DNA of 64,000 nt from Minisyncoccota bacterium (GCA_041662525.1 JBAZSF010000001.1:41383-105382); one strand, 5' to 3'; shown: positions 8,309 through 18,749, counted from the stretch's first letter. The notes: generated by a model from the letters alone, not told the origin. A program made the numbers and translations.

Positions 8309-9523
8309 ATGGAAAATAATGATTATAATATATGGCTTGAAGGAATAGAACGCGTAAAATATCCGCGAGATGTTTTGCCTGATGAGATAGAGACTTTAAT
8401 CGTGGGCGGAGGTATTACTGGAATAACTTGCGCATATTTACTGGCCAAAGATGGAAGACAAGTAGTTTTACTAGAAAAAAGAAAATTGGGAGAATGGATA
8501 ACCTACTGCACTACAGGTTTTTTGACGCAAGTGATAGACACAGATCCAGTTAGATTAATAAAATTATTCGGGGAAGAAAAAGCTCGTCTCATTTTCGCCT
8601 CACATCTAGAGGCCATAAATAATATAGAGAATATAATAAAATCTGAAATGATTGAATGCGAATTTAAACGTTGCAGTGATTATGTTTATGCCAACAGTAA
8701 AAAAGAAGAGAAAAAGCTTATAAAAATGGCAGAAACCTTCAAAAAGTTGAACGTAAAATGCGAATATAAAAAAGATAATAATTTAAACTTCTCCAAGTTT
8801 GGTTATATTGAAATGCCCAACCAGGCAAAATTTCACGTGATGAAATATCTAACTGCTTTGGCTAAAATAGCGAACGAACATGGCGCGATAATAGCTGAAG
8901 ACACAGAAGTTTTGAGCTTAAATGATAAAAAGGATTTTGTGGAGGTTGTAGTAAAAGATGTCGGAACCATAAAAGCCCGAAAAGTTTTTTCAGCCACCCA
9001 TAACCCTTTTGGGAAGCCATCTCATCTAATACATAAAATAAATACATATCGCACCTATGTTCTAGAATATAATATTCCGGTAAATTCTATTGTTGAGGCC
9101 ACCTATGAGGACAGTTTAAAACCATATCATTATTTTAGAATTGACCCGAAAAATGGTTTTGATAGAATGATTATCGGCGGTGCAGATCACTTAAATGTGA
9201 TTCAGATGAACAGGGAATTAAATTTCGAGACAATGAGAAATTATGTAAAAGAAATATTCAGAAAGACGTTTGAATATTCAGGCCTTGAAGAGATGCGCCA
9301 TTGGTCCGGAGTTATATTAGAGCCAGTCGATGGAATTGCTTTTCTAGGGGAATTAAAAGATAGTAATATTTTCCAAGCTTTTGCTTTTTCAGGAAATGGG
9401 ATGACTTATAGTTACATCGCTAGTAAAATCTTTTTTGATAAACTAACTTCACAAAAAAATATTTATACAGAAATTTATGATATCAAACGTAAAATTTCAT
9501 GGAGAGCAAATATCTTTGGTTAA
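8309..9523 (+). CDS. FAD-dependent oxidoreductase (DAO/YhfW-like, no Rieske domain)
   Basis: IVGGGITG, LLEK, QAKFH, WSG...P.DG, FSGNGMT. Confidence 0.85.
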   Translation: MENNDYNIWLEGIERVKYPRDVLPDEIETLIVGGGITGITCAYLLAKDGRQVVLLEKRKLGEWITYCTTGFLTQVIDTDPVRLIKLFGEEKARLIFASHLEAINNIENIIKSEMIECEFKRCSDYVYANSKKEEKKLIKMAETFKKLNVKCEYKKDNNLNFSKFGYIEMPNQAKFHVMKYLTALAKIANEHGAIIAEDTEVLSLNDKKDFVEVVVKDVGTIKARKVFSATHNPFGKPSHLIHKINTYRTYVLEYNIPVNSIVEATYEDSLKPYHYFRIDPKNGFDRMIIGGADHLNVIQMNRELNFETMRNYVKEIFRKTFEYSGLEEMRHWSGVILEPVDGIAFLGELKDSNIFQAFAFSGNGMTYSYIASKIFFDKLTSQKNIYTEIYDIKRKISWRANIFG

Positions 9524-9655
9524 AATTACGAAACTTGTTGCAGGCGTACTTTTTAGAAAGCCTTGCGCAGGCGGACGCGCCGAGCAGTTCGCTGGCGAAG
9601 CTTCGCCAGATAGATTGCTTTATAAAAAGTTATGCCAAGAAAGAGTTTCGTAATT
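9524..9655. repeat. Long imperfect hairpin element (MITE-like) 1
   Basis: AATTACGAAACT/AGTTTCGTAATT termini, inner CTTTTTA.AAAGC/GCTTTATAAAAAG pairing and perfect palindrome CTGGCGAAGCTTCGCCAG. Confidence 0.7.
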
Positions 9656-9659
9656 AGAT

Positions 9660-9821
9660 CTGAATTAAGAAACATAAACTTTTCTTCGGTACAGATTTTT
9701 TGAAGCTTAAAAAATCCTGCACGCCCCGCCAAAGGCGAGGCTCCGCCCAAAGGCGGGCCGAGGGAAGTTCTCGGCTCGACAGCCTACGAAACCCCGCAAA
9801 AAGTTATGTTTCTTAATTCAG
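9660..9821. repeat. Long hairpin element (MITE-like) 2, containing a CCCGCC...GGCGGG copy at 9725-9757
   Basis: Perfect 18-bp terminal inverted repeat CTGAATTAAGAAACATAA/TTATGTTTCTTAATTCAG. Confidence 0.75.
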
Positions 9822-9838
9822 GATGTTATACTTAAAAA

Positions 9839-10927
9839 ATGTTTTTCATAGACCCCATTCGTAATTTTTATGGCAGGTTTGAACGGCCCATTTCATCTAT
9901 ATCCCTTGTTGGGGGTTTCGTTTTTGATGCTCTCACGCTCAAGCGCTTGGATACCCTTTGGGAGAATTTATGGGTTTTAGGTCACCTTCTTATTGTTGGA
10001 ATTTTTATTACTTTAATTCATCTGCACGAAAACGAAGTTGGTGGTGAAAAAAATCCTCAAAAAGCGCATTTCTGGTATGTGAATATTTTACAGTTTTTCT
10101 TTGGGGGAATTCTCTCGACTTATTTAGTTTTCTATTTTCGTAGTGCCGATATCTTTGTCACTTGGCCTTTTATTGTTCTCCTTGTTGGTGCTTTTATCGC
10201 CAATGAATCTTTAAAACGACATTACATCAGGCTTAGTTTTCAAATAAGCTTATTTTTTCTTTCGATTTACTCATTTGCCATTTTTTTAGTACCTGTAATT
10301 TTACACAAGATTGGCACCTGGGTATTTCTACTTTCAGGATTTCTTAGTTTAATTTTTATTGTCCTATTTCTTAAAATCTTATTTCACTTTATCAAAGATA
10401 AATTTAAAGAGAGTAAAAGATTGATAATTTCTTTAATTTTGGGGATTTTTATTTTAATTAATTTTCTATATTTTACCAATTTAATTCCTCCGATTCCTTT
10501 GTCTTTAAAAGATGCGGGGATGTATCACTCAATCCAAAAAAATACAGAAGGGAACTACGATATTACTTTTGAAGATTATGGCTGGAAAGGATACTTCAAT
10601 TTATATCCAGGATTTAAACAAGTTTCTGGAGAGCCCGTTTATGCTTTTAGCGCTATTTTCTCTCCAAAAAAACTAAACCTCACAATCATTCACGAATGGC
10701 AACATTATGATGAAAATGAAAAGAACTGGGTGACTGAAAGAATAATAAATCTACCCGTCATAGGCGGGCGAGATGGTGGTTTCCGTACTTATTCTATGCG
10801 TTACAACTTAGCCCTAGGAAAATGGAGGGTAAATGTAAAAACCCAACAAGGTCAAACTATTGGGGTTTTAAGATTTAAAATTATAGAAGCAGATACAGAA
10901 CCTATGCTTACTGCTGGGGTAAAATAG
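9839..10927 (+). CDS. DUF2914-domain membrane protein
   Basis: GF.FD.LTL.R.D, QFFFGG.LS, YAFSAIF.P, HEW, GGRDGGFRTYS, GKWRV.V. Confidence 0.82.
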   Translation: MFFIDPIRNFYGRFERPISSISLVGGFVFDALTLKRLDTLWENLWVLGHLLIVGIFITLIHLHENEVGGEKNPQKAHFWYVNILQFFFGGILSTYLVFYFRSADIFVTWPFIVLLVGAFIANESLKRHYIRLSFQISLFFLSIYSFAIFLVPVILHKIGTWVFLLSGFLSLIFIVLFLKILFHFIKDKFKESKRLIISLILGIFILINFLYFTNLIPPIPLSLKDAGMYHSIQKNTEGNYDITFEDYGWKGYFNLYPGFKQVSGEPVYAFSAIFSPKKLNLTIIHEWQHYDENEKNWVTERIINLPVIGGRDGGFRTYSMRYNLALGKWRVNVKTQQGQTIGVLRFKIIEADTEPMLTAGVK

Positions 10928-10933
10928 AAAAAA

Positions 10934-11503
10934 TTATTTATTGATTTCTTCCAAAAGACTTTCGGTATTTTGTCCTACATAGAGAATCGTTTTAAGATTT
11001 GAACATTTTTGAGGATCAAGATTTTCAAAATGACGAGCTACATCATCAATAAAAATTACTTTCTCATTCTTGTTTTCTAAACATATTTTTTCTACAGCAT
11101 CTTTTTTACTTTCTCCTCTTATGTGAATTTCAGAAAATAAAGAAGCAAGTCCGCTTCTTTCTACTTTGTCTTTTTGATGTTCGTATCCTCCATAAGTTAC
11201 TAAATAACAATTTTCTTTTCCAAATTTTTGCACAAGATTCACCAATTCAGTATTAATAAAATTAGGACACTCGCTCATTATTTCTTCGTGTAATTCAACA
11301 GGATTAATATCTTTCTTATTTTCAAGATTTATTAGTTCAGATATAAAATCTTTTAAAGAAAATTCTCCACCTCGTACTTTTTTATAATATGCTTCTGCTG
11401 TGTCATAAGGTATGCCTGCTTTATCTAAGCAGGAATATATCCGCTTTTTTAGTTTTTCACTATTGTAAAATAACACGTCATCAAAATCAAAAATAAATTT
11501 CAT
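10934..11503 (-). CDS. HAD-superfamily hydrolase
   Basis: IFDFDDVL motif I, VTYG, IFIDD motif IV. Confidence 0.8.
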   Translation of the reverse strand: MKFIFDFDDVLFYNSEKLKKRIYSCLDKAGIPYDTAEAYYKKVRGGEFSLKDFISELINLENKKDINPVELHEEIMSECPNFINTELVNLVQKFGKENCYLVTYGGYEHQKDKVERSGLASLFSEIHIRGESKKDAVEKICLENKNEKVIFIDDVARHFENLDPQKCSNLKTILYVGQNTESLLEEINK

Positions 11504-11570
11504 CCCAGTACTAAAATTTTAATTAATAATCTTTATCCTTATGTCCCATAATCAAAAATTTAGTACGGGA
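11503..11570. repeat. TIR element abutting the HAD start codon
   Basis: TCCCAGTACTAAA...TTTAGTACGGGA; minus strand reads ...TACTGGG-ATGAAA. Confidence 0.65.
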
Positions 11571-11591
11571 CAGGTATATTTAATATAGCAC

Positions 11592-11640
11592 AAAAAAAAC
11601 AAGCCCACTTACAACAACATAGTCGTGTAAGCAGGCTTGT
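11592..11640 (-). terminator. Probable intrinsic terminator of the PfkB gene
   Basis: ACAAGCC..CTTAC/GTAAG..GGCTTGT stem with a U-tract on the minus strand. Confidence 0.6.
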
Positions 11641-11668
11641 GATATTAATGATATTTTGAATCTATATT

Positions 11669-12595
11669 TTACCTTAACTGATGGCGTGAAGGGCCATTCC
11701 CTCCGCCTGCCATTGTGATTTTCTTTCCCGCGACTCGTGCCGCGAAATTAATCACCCCCATAAATTGTTTTAACTGAATAGTCAAAACGGATTCTCTAAG
11801 CCTAACAAGCTCAGAGATCATTGCTCCGAGGAACCAATCCCCGGCACCTGTCTCAAATCTACCGCCTGAAAAACTGACGGGTTTAAACGAAATACGGTAA
11901 TTAGAGAAGGAAAATATGCCTCCTTCTTTGTCATGAGTTACCACAACAATCTTGGGGCCACATTTGTGTATTTGTGAGAACCCCATCCCTGTTTCTTCAA
12001 ACTCGCGCTTATTCAGCACAAGTAGATCCACCAAGGGCAGGATCTTTTTAAACTCTTTGTTTGCACAAAGAGTGTCTTTCGCGTTCAGAACACGAAAGCC
12101 TTTCTTTACCTTTGCCTGAGACAGAAGTGCCTTAGCAAATAGTATTTCTACAGCTCTGAGACCGGTAATGACGACGAAGGTCTGCGGACCAATACCTATT
12201 TCCGGTCCAGCAAGAATCCGTAATGCCTGAGGCAGCTCAGAGTGTACAATGTCTCCCTTTTTGCCCCAAACCTCGTCATTACTTTCCCCAATAACGGGAA
12301 TGATGGCGTGGTTGGTCTCACTGAGGATCGGAATTGCGGTGAAAGGCACTTTGCCTTTCAAGACAGCGCTTCTCAAAAGAACATCTGCAACATCTTCTTT
12401 TTCATAAGCTGAAACAAGACCAAGAAGATGAGGACATCCGCCTAAACACTTAATTGCTGTAGCTGTGTTGCCCGATGATCCACTCAGGCAACAAGTCATA
12501 CACTTCAAAACCTTCTTTGGTCCTGGTGTATTTTCAATCACCAGTTCCATCTCGGGATTTACCGAAACCCCAATCACTGCATCAAATTTTTTCAT
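11669..12595 (-). CDS. PfkB/ribokinase-family carbohydrate kinase (divergent)
   Basis: SGSSGNTA, VLN.RE, VVVT, ETGAGD.F; SD AAAGGAGG before ATG 12595. Confidence 0.8.
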   Translation of the reverse strand: MKKFDAVIGVSVNPEMELVIENTPGPKKVLKCMTCCLSGSSGNTATAIKCLGGCPHLLGLVSAYEKEDVADVLLRSAVLKGKVPFTAIPILSETNHAIIPVIGESNDEVWGKKGDIVHSELPQALRILAGPEIGIGPQTFVVITGLRAVEILFAKALLSQAKVKKGFRVLNAKDTLCANKEFKKILPLVDLLVLNKREFEETGMGFSQIHKCGPKIVVVTHDKEGGIFSFSNYRISFKPVSFSGGRFETGAGDWFLGAMISELVRLRESVLTIQLKQFMGVINFAARVAGKKITMAGGGNGPSRHQLR

Positions 12596-12833
12596 AACCT
12601 TTCCTCCTTTATCTTTCAACCACCAAGGGTGGCCGTTTTTATTTTGTACTCAAGCAACAAGTATAGAAATCTAATTCTAGAATAATAAAAATACAATTAT
12701 CCTGTCAAATATGTAGAAAATTTACTTTAAATTTTAGTATAAAAACCTAATAAATAAAGGTTTTAAGTGATATATTAATAAACTGTAGATGAAAAATTGA
12801 CAAATTAGTCATAAAAATATAGTATTCAAATAT

Positions 12834-13595
12834 ATGCAAATTCAAGTTGTCTTAAAAAATTTTGGTCTTTCAGAAAAAGAAATAGCAGTGTATTTGGCTT
12901 TAATAGAGCTCGGGTCTTCTTCAGTGCGAACTATATCCCAAAAAGCAAAAATAAATCGTGGTACTACTTATGATATTTTAAAATCCTTGATCAATCTTGG
13001 TATCATTTCCTATTACAATAAAGAATCAAAACAATATTTTATCGCTGAACGGCCGGAGACCTTGCTCGCAGTGATAGATAAAAAACAAGAAGAATTAAAA
13101 GAGGTTAAAGAAAATATTGAAGAAAACCTGCCTCTTTTTAAAACCATCTTTGAAAAACAAGGAGGTAAGCCAGTGGTGAAATTGTATGAGGGATTGATAG
13201 GTATCAGGCATATCTTGGAGGATGTATTGAAAAGTATGGATAGAGTAAAAGATAAGACTTACTATGTCTATTCTTCTTCAACGGTAAGAAAAAATGTGCA
13301 TCAGGCGATGAAAGATTTTAGTAAAAAAAGAATAAGGAGAAAAATCAAGGTAAAGACTATTGCTCTAGGTGAAGGAGGCGATACGGTGGGTCTTGATGAA
13401 AGAAAATGGATGGAATTACCAAATATGAAAGGGCAAGAAAATTTACGCTCTACGTATGAAATAATTTATGGCGGGAATAAAGTAGCGCATATCAGCCTCG
13501 ACAATGCAGAAAATCCAGTCGGGGTAGTGATAGAAAATCAAGAAATTTATCATACGCAAAAATTAATCTTTGAATATAATTGGAAAAAGTTGTAA
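12834..13595 (+). CDS. TrmB-family transcriptional regulator
   Basis: GLSEKE..VYLAL.ELG, INR.T.YDIL..L...G; YEG..G. Confidence 0.88.
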   Translation: MQIQVVLKNFGLSEKEIAVYLALIELGSSSVRTISQKAKINRGTTYDILKSLINLGIISYYNKESKQYFIAERPETLLAVIDKKQEELKEVKENIEENLPLFKTIFEKQGGKPVVKLYEGLIGIRHILEDVLKSMDRVKDKTYYVYSSSTVRKNVHQAMKDFSKKRIRRKIKVKTIALGEGGDTVGLDERKWMELPNMKGQENLRSTYEIIYGGNKVAHISLDNAENPVGVVIENQEIYHTQKLIFEYNWKKL

Positions 13596-13602
13596 AAAAA
13601 AA

Positions 13603-13627
13603 TTAGGGAAAGCAGAGCTCTCCCTAA
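13603..13627. terminator. Hairpin between convergent genes
   Basis: TTAGGGA...TCCCTAA with a flanking A-run. Confidence 0.45.
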
Positions 13628-13644
13628 CGAGTATCTTTTTTCTA

Positions 13645-13863
13645 TTATTTTTTATTCTTTTTTTGCATTCTCTTCCATCGAGAAATTGCTCTTTGGGCCG
13701 CTGTTTCCTCAGAGAGGTAAACCGACCCCTCTGACTCCTTGTTTGTTTTAGGTACCAGGAAAGAAATCCTGACCCCTTTTATTGTCCTGGTTATTTTTAC
13801 TCCAGGTAGAACTCTCATAGCCTCCTTGGTTGCAGAACCCAATCTGAATAAATCTGTTTTCAT
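13645..13863 (-). CDS. Small basic hypothetical protein (72 aa)
   Basis: SD AGAAGGAGG before ATG 13863. Confidence 0.6.
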   Translation of the reverse strand: MKTDLFRLGSATKEAMRVLPGVKITRTIKGVRISFLVPKTNKESEGSVYLSEETAAQRAISRWKRMQKKNKK

Positions 13864-13979
13864 AAAGAACCTCCTTCTAGATTTTTTAAAACCATACAAT
13901 AACTTTAAATAAAAAGCAATAGCTAATAAATTATTCGTATTTATTTGTATTTGATTTTCCTATAAGGTAATATGTATTT

Positions 13980-16967
13980 ATGATTTCCCGAATATATGTA
14001 GCGTCCAAAGGAAAAGCTGACTTTATTAACTCTTACTTAATTTCCCATAAGTTGGGGAATGACAAAATCCTGAAAATCGCGGAAGCTCTAACAAACCCTA
14101 TCCTTGAAGAATTTTCTATAAATAAATTCCCAGCGACAGCTAAATTTTCTTATGCCATAGAAATAGGTTTCAAGCCAGGAGTCACAGACAATGTCGGGCA
14201 TACTGTGGAGGAAACTATTATGGACTTATTGCATATTGCTCCGGACGTTGGACGTCGGGGATTCGGACGTCCAACGTCCGGAGCTGATTTAGCAGTTTAT
14301 ACTTCTAAAATTTATTTAGTTTCTAATTCTAAAACAGAAGAGGTTGAGAAGATAGCTCTCTCGCTACATAATCCTCTGATTGAGCGTTCACATATCATAA
14401 GTATTTCTGATTTAAAAAAGAAAGGTTTACCATTAGAAGTTCCTAAAGTCATTTTGAAAAAGGCTACCCCAGTCATAAATGTCTCTCTTGATGTATCTGA
14501 CGAAGAACTTATAAAAATCGGTAGTGGAGGAATAATGGATGATAAGACAAAAGAAAGACGCGGTCCTTTGGCTCTTGATTTAGCGTCAATGAAAGTAATC
14601 CAAGAACATTTCAAAAAATTGAAAAGGGAGCCGACTGATATTGAGCTAGAATCTTTGGCACAAACTTGGTCTGAGCATTGCAAACATACTATTTTTGCAA
14701 ATCCTATCGATGACATCAAAGACGGTTTATATAAAACATATATAAAAGGCGCAACGAATTTAATTCGCAAACAAAAAGGAGCAAAAGATTTTTGTGTTTC
14801 TGTATTTAGTGATAATTCTGGAGGAATTATTTTTGATAAGGATTATTTAATTACTCATAAAGTAGAAACACACAATAGTCCTTCAGCTCTAGATCCATTT
14901 GGTGGAGCCATCACTGGCATCGTAGGTGTAAACCGGGACACAATAGGCTTCGGACTAGGCGCTAAACCGGTAGCTAATCTTTATGGTTTTTGCTTCGGTA
15001 ACCCTGAAGATAAAAGATCACTCTTTCGTGATAAAAATCTAACTCAAAAAATGCTTTCACCGAAAAGAATTATGGAGGGTGTAGTAAAAGGAATAAATGT
15101 TGGTGGAAATTGTTCTGGTATACCGACTCTTTCTGGTTTCGTTCGTTATGATGATAGATATAGAGGAAAGCCTTTGGTTTTTGCTGGTACGGTAGGGTTG
15201 ATTCCAAGAAATTTACCAGCCTCACCGAGTCTAGGCGGGCCCACCTTGGAAGGAAAAAAAAGGCTTTCACATCTCAAAAAAGCGCAAAACGGAGATTATG
15301 TCGTAGTTGTCGGAGGGAGAGTAGGTCTAGATGGTATTCATGGGGCGACTTTTTCTTCAGTGGTGATGGATTCAAGTTCTCCGGCGACTGCAGTGCAAAT
15401 CGGTGACCCAATAACTCAGAAAAAATTAAGTGATGCATTAATCAAAGAAGCGCGAGATCTGAATTTATATAACAGCATCACAGACAATGGCGCTGGAGGA
15501 ATTTCTTGTTCAGTTGCTGAAATGGCAAAAGAATGTGGCGGTGCAAAAGTTTCTTTAGAAAAAGTTCCATTAAAATACCCCGATCTTCGTCCATGGGAAA
15601 TTTGGATTTCAGAATCACAGGAACGTATGACTTTATCTGTGCCAAAGAAAAAATGGAATTTATTTAAAGAATTAATGGAAAAGAGAGGAGTAGAAGCTAC
15701 TATCATTGGAGAATTCACAAATTCTGGTAAATGTATTGTGGAATATTCTAATAAAAAAATCATGGATATTCCTATGGATTTTTTGCATGATGGTTTGCCG
15801 GAACAGCATTTATATACAAAACCCATTCAATTCACCTCTCCCCAAACCCCTCTCCATTATTTAGATAATGGAGAGGGGAAAGCAAGGGGTGAGGATTATA
15901 CGAAAGCCTTAGAAAAATTACTCGGTAGTAAAAATATCAGTGGATTTTCTTTTATTTCAGAGCAGTATGATCACGAAGTTCAAGGATCTTCTGTTTTAAA
16001 ACCACTCTCTGGACGAGGTCGTATCAATACCGATGCACAAGTTTTTCAGCCTGTTTTAAATTCAAACAAAGGAGTCATTCTATCTTCGAGCACTTATCCT
16101 TCATATGGAGACATTAGTACTTATCATATGGCCGCCTGCGCTATCGATAATGCTATTAGAAATACTCTTTGCGCTGGTGGAACACTTACACACTTAGCAA
16201 TTTTGGACAATTTCTGCTGGTGTTCATCCTATGATCAAACACGTTTAGCACAGCTCGTAGATTCAGTAAAAGCTTGTTACGACTATGCCGTCGGTTATGG
16301 AACACCCTTTATTTCTGGTAAGGATAGTATGTTTAATGACTTTAGGGGTTACGATAGTGACGGTAACCATGTGACTGTTTCTATCCCACCGACACTTCTT
16401 ATTTCAACGATTAGTGTTATGCCCGATTTAAATAAAACTGTTTCTCCAGAATTTAAAAATATAGGTGATATAATTTATTTATTAGGAGAAACAAATGATG
16501 AACTCGGAGGAGGAGAATATCTTAAAATGCTTGGAGCTATTGGCAACATTGTGCCCAAAGTAAATTTAAAAAAGAATATCAAAACTTATCGCGCCCTAGA
16601 AAAAGCAATTCAAAAAGAATTAATAGTTTCGGCAATGTCTGTTAATTCTGGCGGGCTGGCTATAGCACTCGCCAAAGCATGCGTAGGAGGAATGGTTGGA
16701 TGTAATGTTTCCCTTGACCCCATAGGCAAGATCTATGGGGTAGATGTAAAACTTTTCTCTGAAAGTCAGGGAAGGATTTTAGTTTCTGTAAATCCTAAAA
16801 ATATTTTAGGATTTGAAAAATTAATGAAGAATATTTTTTATGCCAAGTTGGGCAAAGTGGCCAAAGATAGTAAATTTGTTATTACGGATGGAAATAAAAA
16901 GATAATTGAAACAAGTGTAAAAAAATTGCACGATGCTTATCATAAATTTTCTAACTCACAAAAATGA
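13980..16967 (+). CDS. purL: FGAM synthase PurL with N-terminal PurS-like extension
   Basis: QTWSEHCKH, KVETHNSPSA.DPFGGA.TG, D.GAGG, SESQERM, ISGKDS; N-terminal PGVTDNVG and two NP.IE/LE motifs. Confidence 0.95.
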   Translation: MISRIYVASKGKADFINSYLISHKLGNDKILKIAEALTNPILEEFSINKFPATAKFSYAIEIGFKPGVTDNVGHTVEETIMDLLHIAPDVGRRGFGRPTSGADLAVYTSKIYLVSNSKTEEVEKIALSLHNPLIERSHIISISDLKKKGLPLEVPKVILKKATPVINVSLDVSDEELIKIGSGGIMDDKTKERRGPLALDLASMKVIQEHFKKLKREPTDIELESLAQTWSEHCKHTIFANPIDDIKDGLYKTYIKGATNLIRKQKGAKDFCVSVFSDNSGGIIFDKDYLITHKVETHNSPSALDPFGGAITGIVGVNRDTIGFGLGAKPVANLYGFCFGNPEDKRSLFRDKNLTQKMLSPKRIMEGVVKGINVGGNCSGIPTLSGFVRYDDRYRGKPLVFAGTVGLIPRNLPASPSLGGPTLEGKKRLSHLKKAQNGDYVVVVGGRVGLDGIHGATFSSVVMDSSSPATAVQIGDPITQKKLSDALIKEARDLNLYNSITDNGAGGISCSVAEMAKECGGAKVSLEKVPLKYPDLRPWEIWISESQERMTLSVPKKKWNLFKELMEKRGVEATIIGEFTNSGKCIVEYSNKKIMDIPMDFLHDGLPEQHLYTKPIQFTSPQTPLHYLDNGEGKARGEDYTKALEKLLGSKNISGFSFISEQYDHEVQGSSVLKPLSGRGRINTDAQVFQPVLNSNKGVILSSSTYPSYGDISTYHMAACAIDNAIRNTLCAGGTLTHLAILDNFCWCSSYDQTRLAQLVDSVKACYDYAVGYGTPFISGKDSMFNDFRGYDSDGNHVTVSIPPTLLISTISVMPDLNKTVSPEFKNIGDIIYLLGETNDELGGGEYLKMLGAIGNIVPKVNLKKNIKTYRALEKAIQKELIVSAMSVNSGGLAIALAKACVGGMVGCNVSLDPIGKIYGVDVKLFSESQGRILVSVNPKNILGFEKLMKNIFYAKLGKVAKDSKFVITDGNKKIIETSVKKLHDAYHKFSNSQK
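14238..14284. repeat. Perfect 19-bp inverted repeat read in frame within purL
   Basis: GCTCCGGACGTTGGACGTC-N9-GACGTCCAACGTCCGGAGC, encoding APDVGRRGFGRPTSGA. Confidence 0.85.
15216..15239. repeat. 24-nt in-frame palindromic element in purL
   Basis: CCAGCCTCACCGAGTCTAGGCGGG (PASPSLGG); same family as the dnaX and gltX inserts. Confidence 0.85.
15835..15894. repeat. 60-nt in-frame double-stem palindromic element in purL
   Basis: Outer CCTCTCCCC/GGGGTGAGG; inner perfect 14 bp CCCCTCTCCATTAT/ATAATGGAGAGGGG. Confidence 0.8.
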
Positions 16968-18748
16968 AAACAGAAACTAAACCACATTCGACAGGCTCAG
17001 TGTCTACAACCTGCCAAAACTGTAAAGAAGACTTCGTTATTGAACCGGAGGATTTTAATTTCTACGAAAAAATGAAAGTTCCAGCTCCGACTTTTTGCCC
17101 TCTTTGTCGAGCAGAGAGGAGGTTTGCTTTTAGAAACGAACGTAAACTTTTTAAGGTAAAAGATACTTTTACTGGTAAAGAAATTTTTTCATTATACCCA
17201 GAAGAAAGTGGCAGAAAAATTATTACTCAAGAAGAGTGGTATGGGGATGGCTGGGATGCGATGGAATATGCCCGCGAATATGATTTTTCTCGACCGTTTT
17301 TCGAGCAATTTTTTGAACTTCAAAGAGAAGTGCCTATTTACAATCTAAATGTACAAAGAATGATTAATAGTCCATATTCTGGAAACGCTACAGCGTTAAA
17401 AAACTGTTACCTCTGTTTTCATTCTAATTATACTGAAGATAGTATGTATGGCAGTGCGAATGATCATTGCAAAGATTGCGTGGATAATTCTCACATTCAA
17501 TATTCAGAACGATGTTATGAATGTTTTTGGTTAGAAAAATGTTATCAATGTTATTTTTCTATAATGTGTGGAGAATCACACAATCTTTTTTTATGTCGTA
17601 ATTGTTTAGGATGCAATGATTGTTTTGGCTGCGCAAATTTACGCAAATCCTCTTACTGTATTTTCAATAAGCAATATTCTAAAGAAAATTATTTTAAAGA
17701 AATAGAAAGTATGAAATTGAATACTATTTTCGGCTTAAAAAAAATGCGAGGTAAAGCTAGAGCCTTTTGGTTAACTCAGCCAACAAAATCTCAACATGGT
17801 CTTAAAAATTTAAATTCAACAGGTTCTCATGTTACACATTGTAAAAATGTGAATGATAGTTTTTTGATCAGAGGAAGTGAAAATATGCGTTACTGCCAAC
17901 ATATGCAAGTACCTGCGAATAAAGATTGCTATGATGTTTCTAATTGGGGAGAAAATACAGAACTTTCTTATGAGACTTTAGTGTGTGGTGAAAATGCCTA
18001 CAACATGAAATTTAGTTTCAATTGCTGGCCGACATGCACGGACAGTGAATACTGCATGGATCTCTTTAGTTGCTCAGATTGTTTTGGCTGTGTGGGTTTA
18101 AAGAAAAAACAATATTGTATTTTCAATAAACAATATACTAAAGAAGAATACTATCAGATAATAGAAAAAATTAAAAAACAAATGGATGATATTCCTTATA
18201 CTGACAAGCAAGGTCTTATTTATAAGTACGGAGAATTTTTCCCAATAGAATTTTCTCAGTCTGGATATAATAATACTGTCGCAATTCAACATTTCCCACT
18301 TACGAAAACAGAAGCAGAAAAAAAGGGATACCTATGGGTAGAAGCGCCCCAGAGTGAATATAGAATTACTATTAAATCATCCGAACTTCCGAATTCTATT
18401 CCTGAAGAAAATGAAATTTTAAAAGAAATTATAGAATGCGAGAATTGTAAAAAAGCTTATCGGATAATGGAAAATGAATTAATTTTTTTGCGTAAAGAAA
18501 ATCTGCCTCTGCCTGATTTGTGTCATGATTGCAGATATGATAGAAGAATAAAGGATAGACTATCGATCAGATCGTATGACCAATCTTGCATGTGCGGAGG
18601 AACTTTAGACGAAACTGGAATTTATAAAAATACCGTTAAACATCTCCATGCAGATGAACCGTGCGGAGAGAAATTTAAAACTGGACACGCTCCAGAAAAT
18701 AAAGAGATAGTTTATTGTGAAAAATGTTATCAACAAGAAGTTTACTAG
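16964..18748 (+). CDS. Cys-rich uncharacterised protein (CPR-type), paralogue of 47951-49681
   Basis: CQNC..F.IEP.DF.FYEK...P..CP.CR, duplicated C..CFGC..L...YCI.NKQY.KE.Y module, C-terminal VYCEKCYQQEVY. Confidence 0.8.
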   Translation: MKTETKPHSTGSVSTTCQNCKEDFVIEPEDFNFYEKMKVPAPTFCPLCRAERRFAFRNERKLFKVKDTFTGKEIFSLYPEESGRKIITQEEWYGDGWDAMEYAREYDFSRPFFEQFFELQREVPIYNLNVQRMINSPYSGNATALKNCYLCFHSNYTEDSMYGSANDHCKDCVDNSHIQYSERCYECFWLEKCYQCYFSIMCGESHNLFLCRNCLGCNDCFGCANLRKSSYCIFNKQYSKENYFKEIESMKLNTIFGLKKMRGKARAFWLTQPTKSQHGLKNLNSTGSHVTHCKNVNDSFLIRGSENMRYCQHMQVPANKDCYDVSNWGENTELSYETLVCGENAYNMKFSFNCWPTCTDSEYCMDLFSCSDCFGCVGLKKKQYCIFNKQYTKEEYYQIIEKIKKQMDDIPYTDKQGLIYKYGEFFPIEFSQSGYNNTVAIQHFPLTKTEAEKKGYLWVEAPQSEYRITIKSSELPNSIPEENEILKEIIECENCKKAYRIMENELIFLRKENLPLPDLCHDCRYDRRIKDRLSIRSYDQSCMCGGTLDETGIYKNTVKHLHADEPCGEKFKTGHAPENKEIVYCEKCYQQEVY

Positions 18749-18749
18749 C

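Noticed and set aside
9553-9750. 65-aa ORF in the GC-rich intergenic region
   Set aside because: Runs across two hairpin repeat elements, has a TTG start and no protein-like motif
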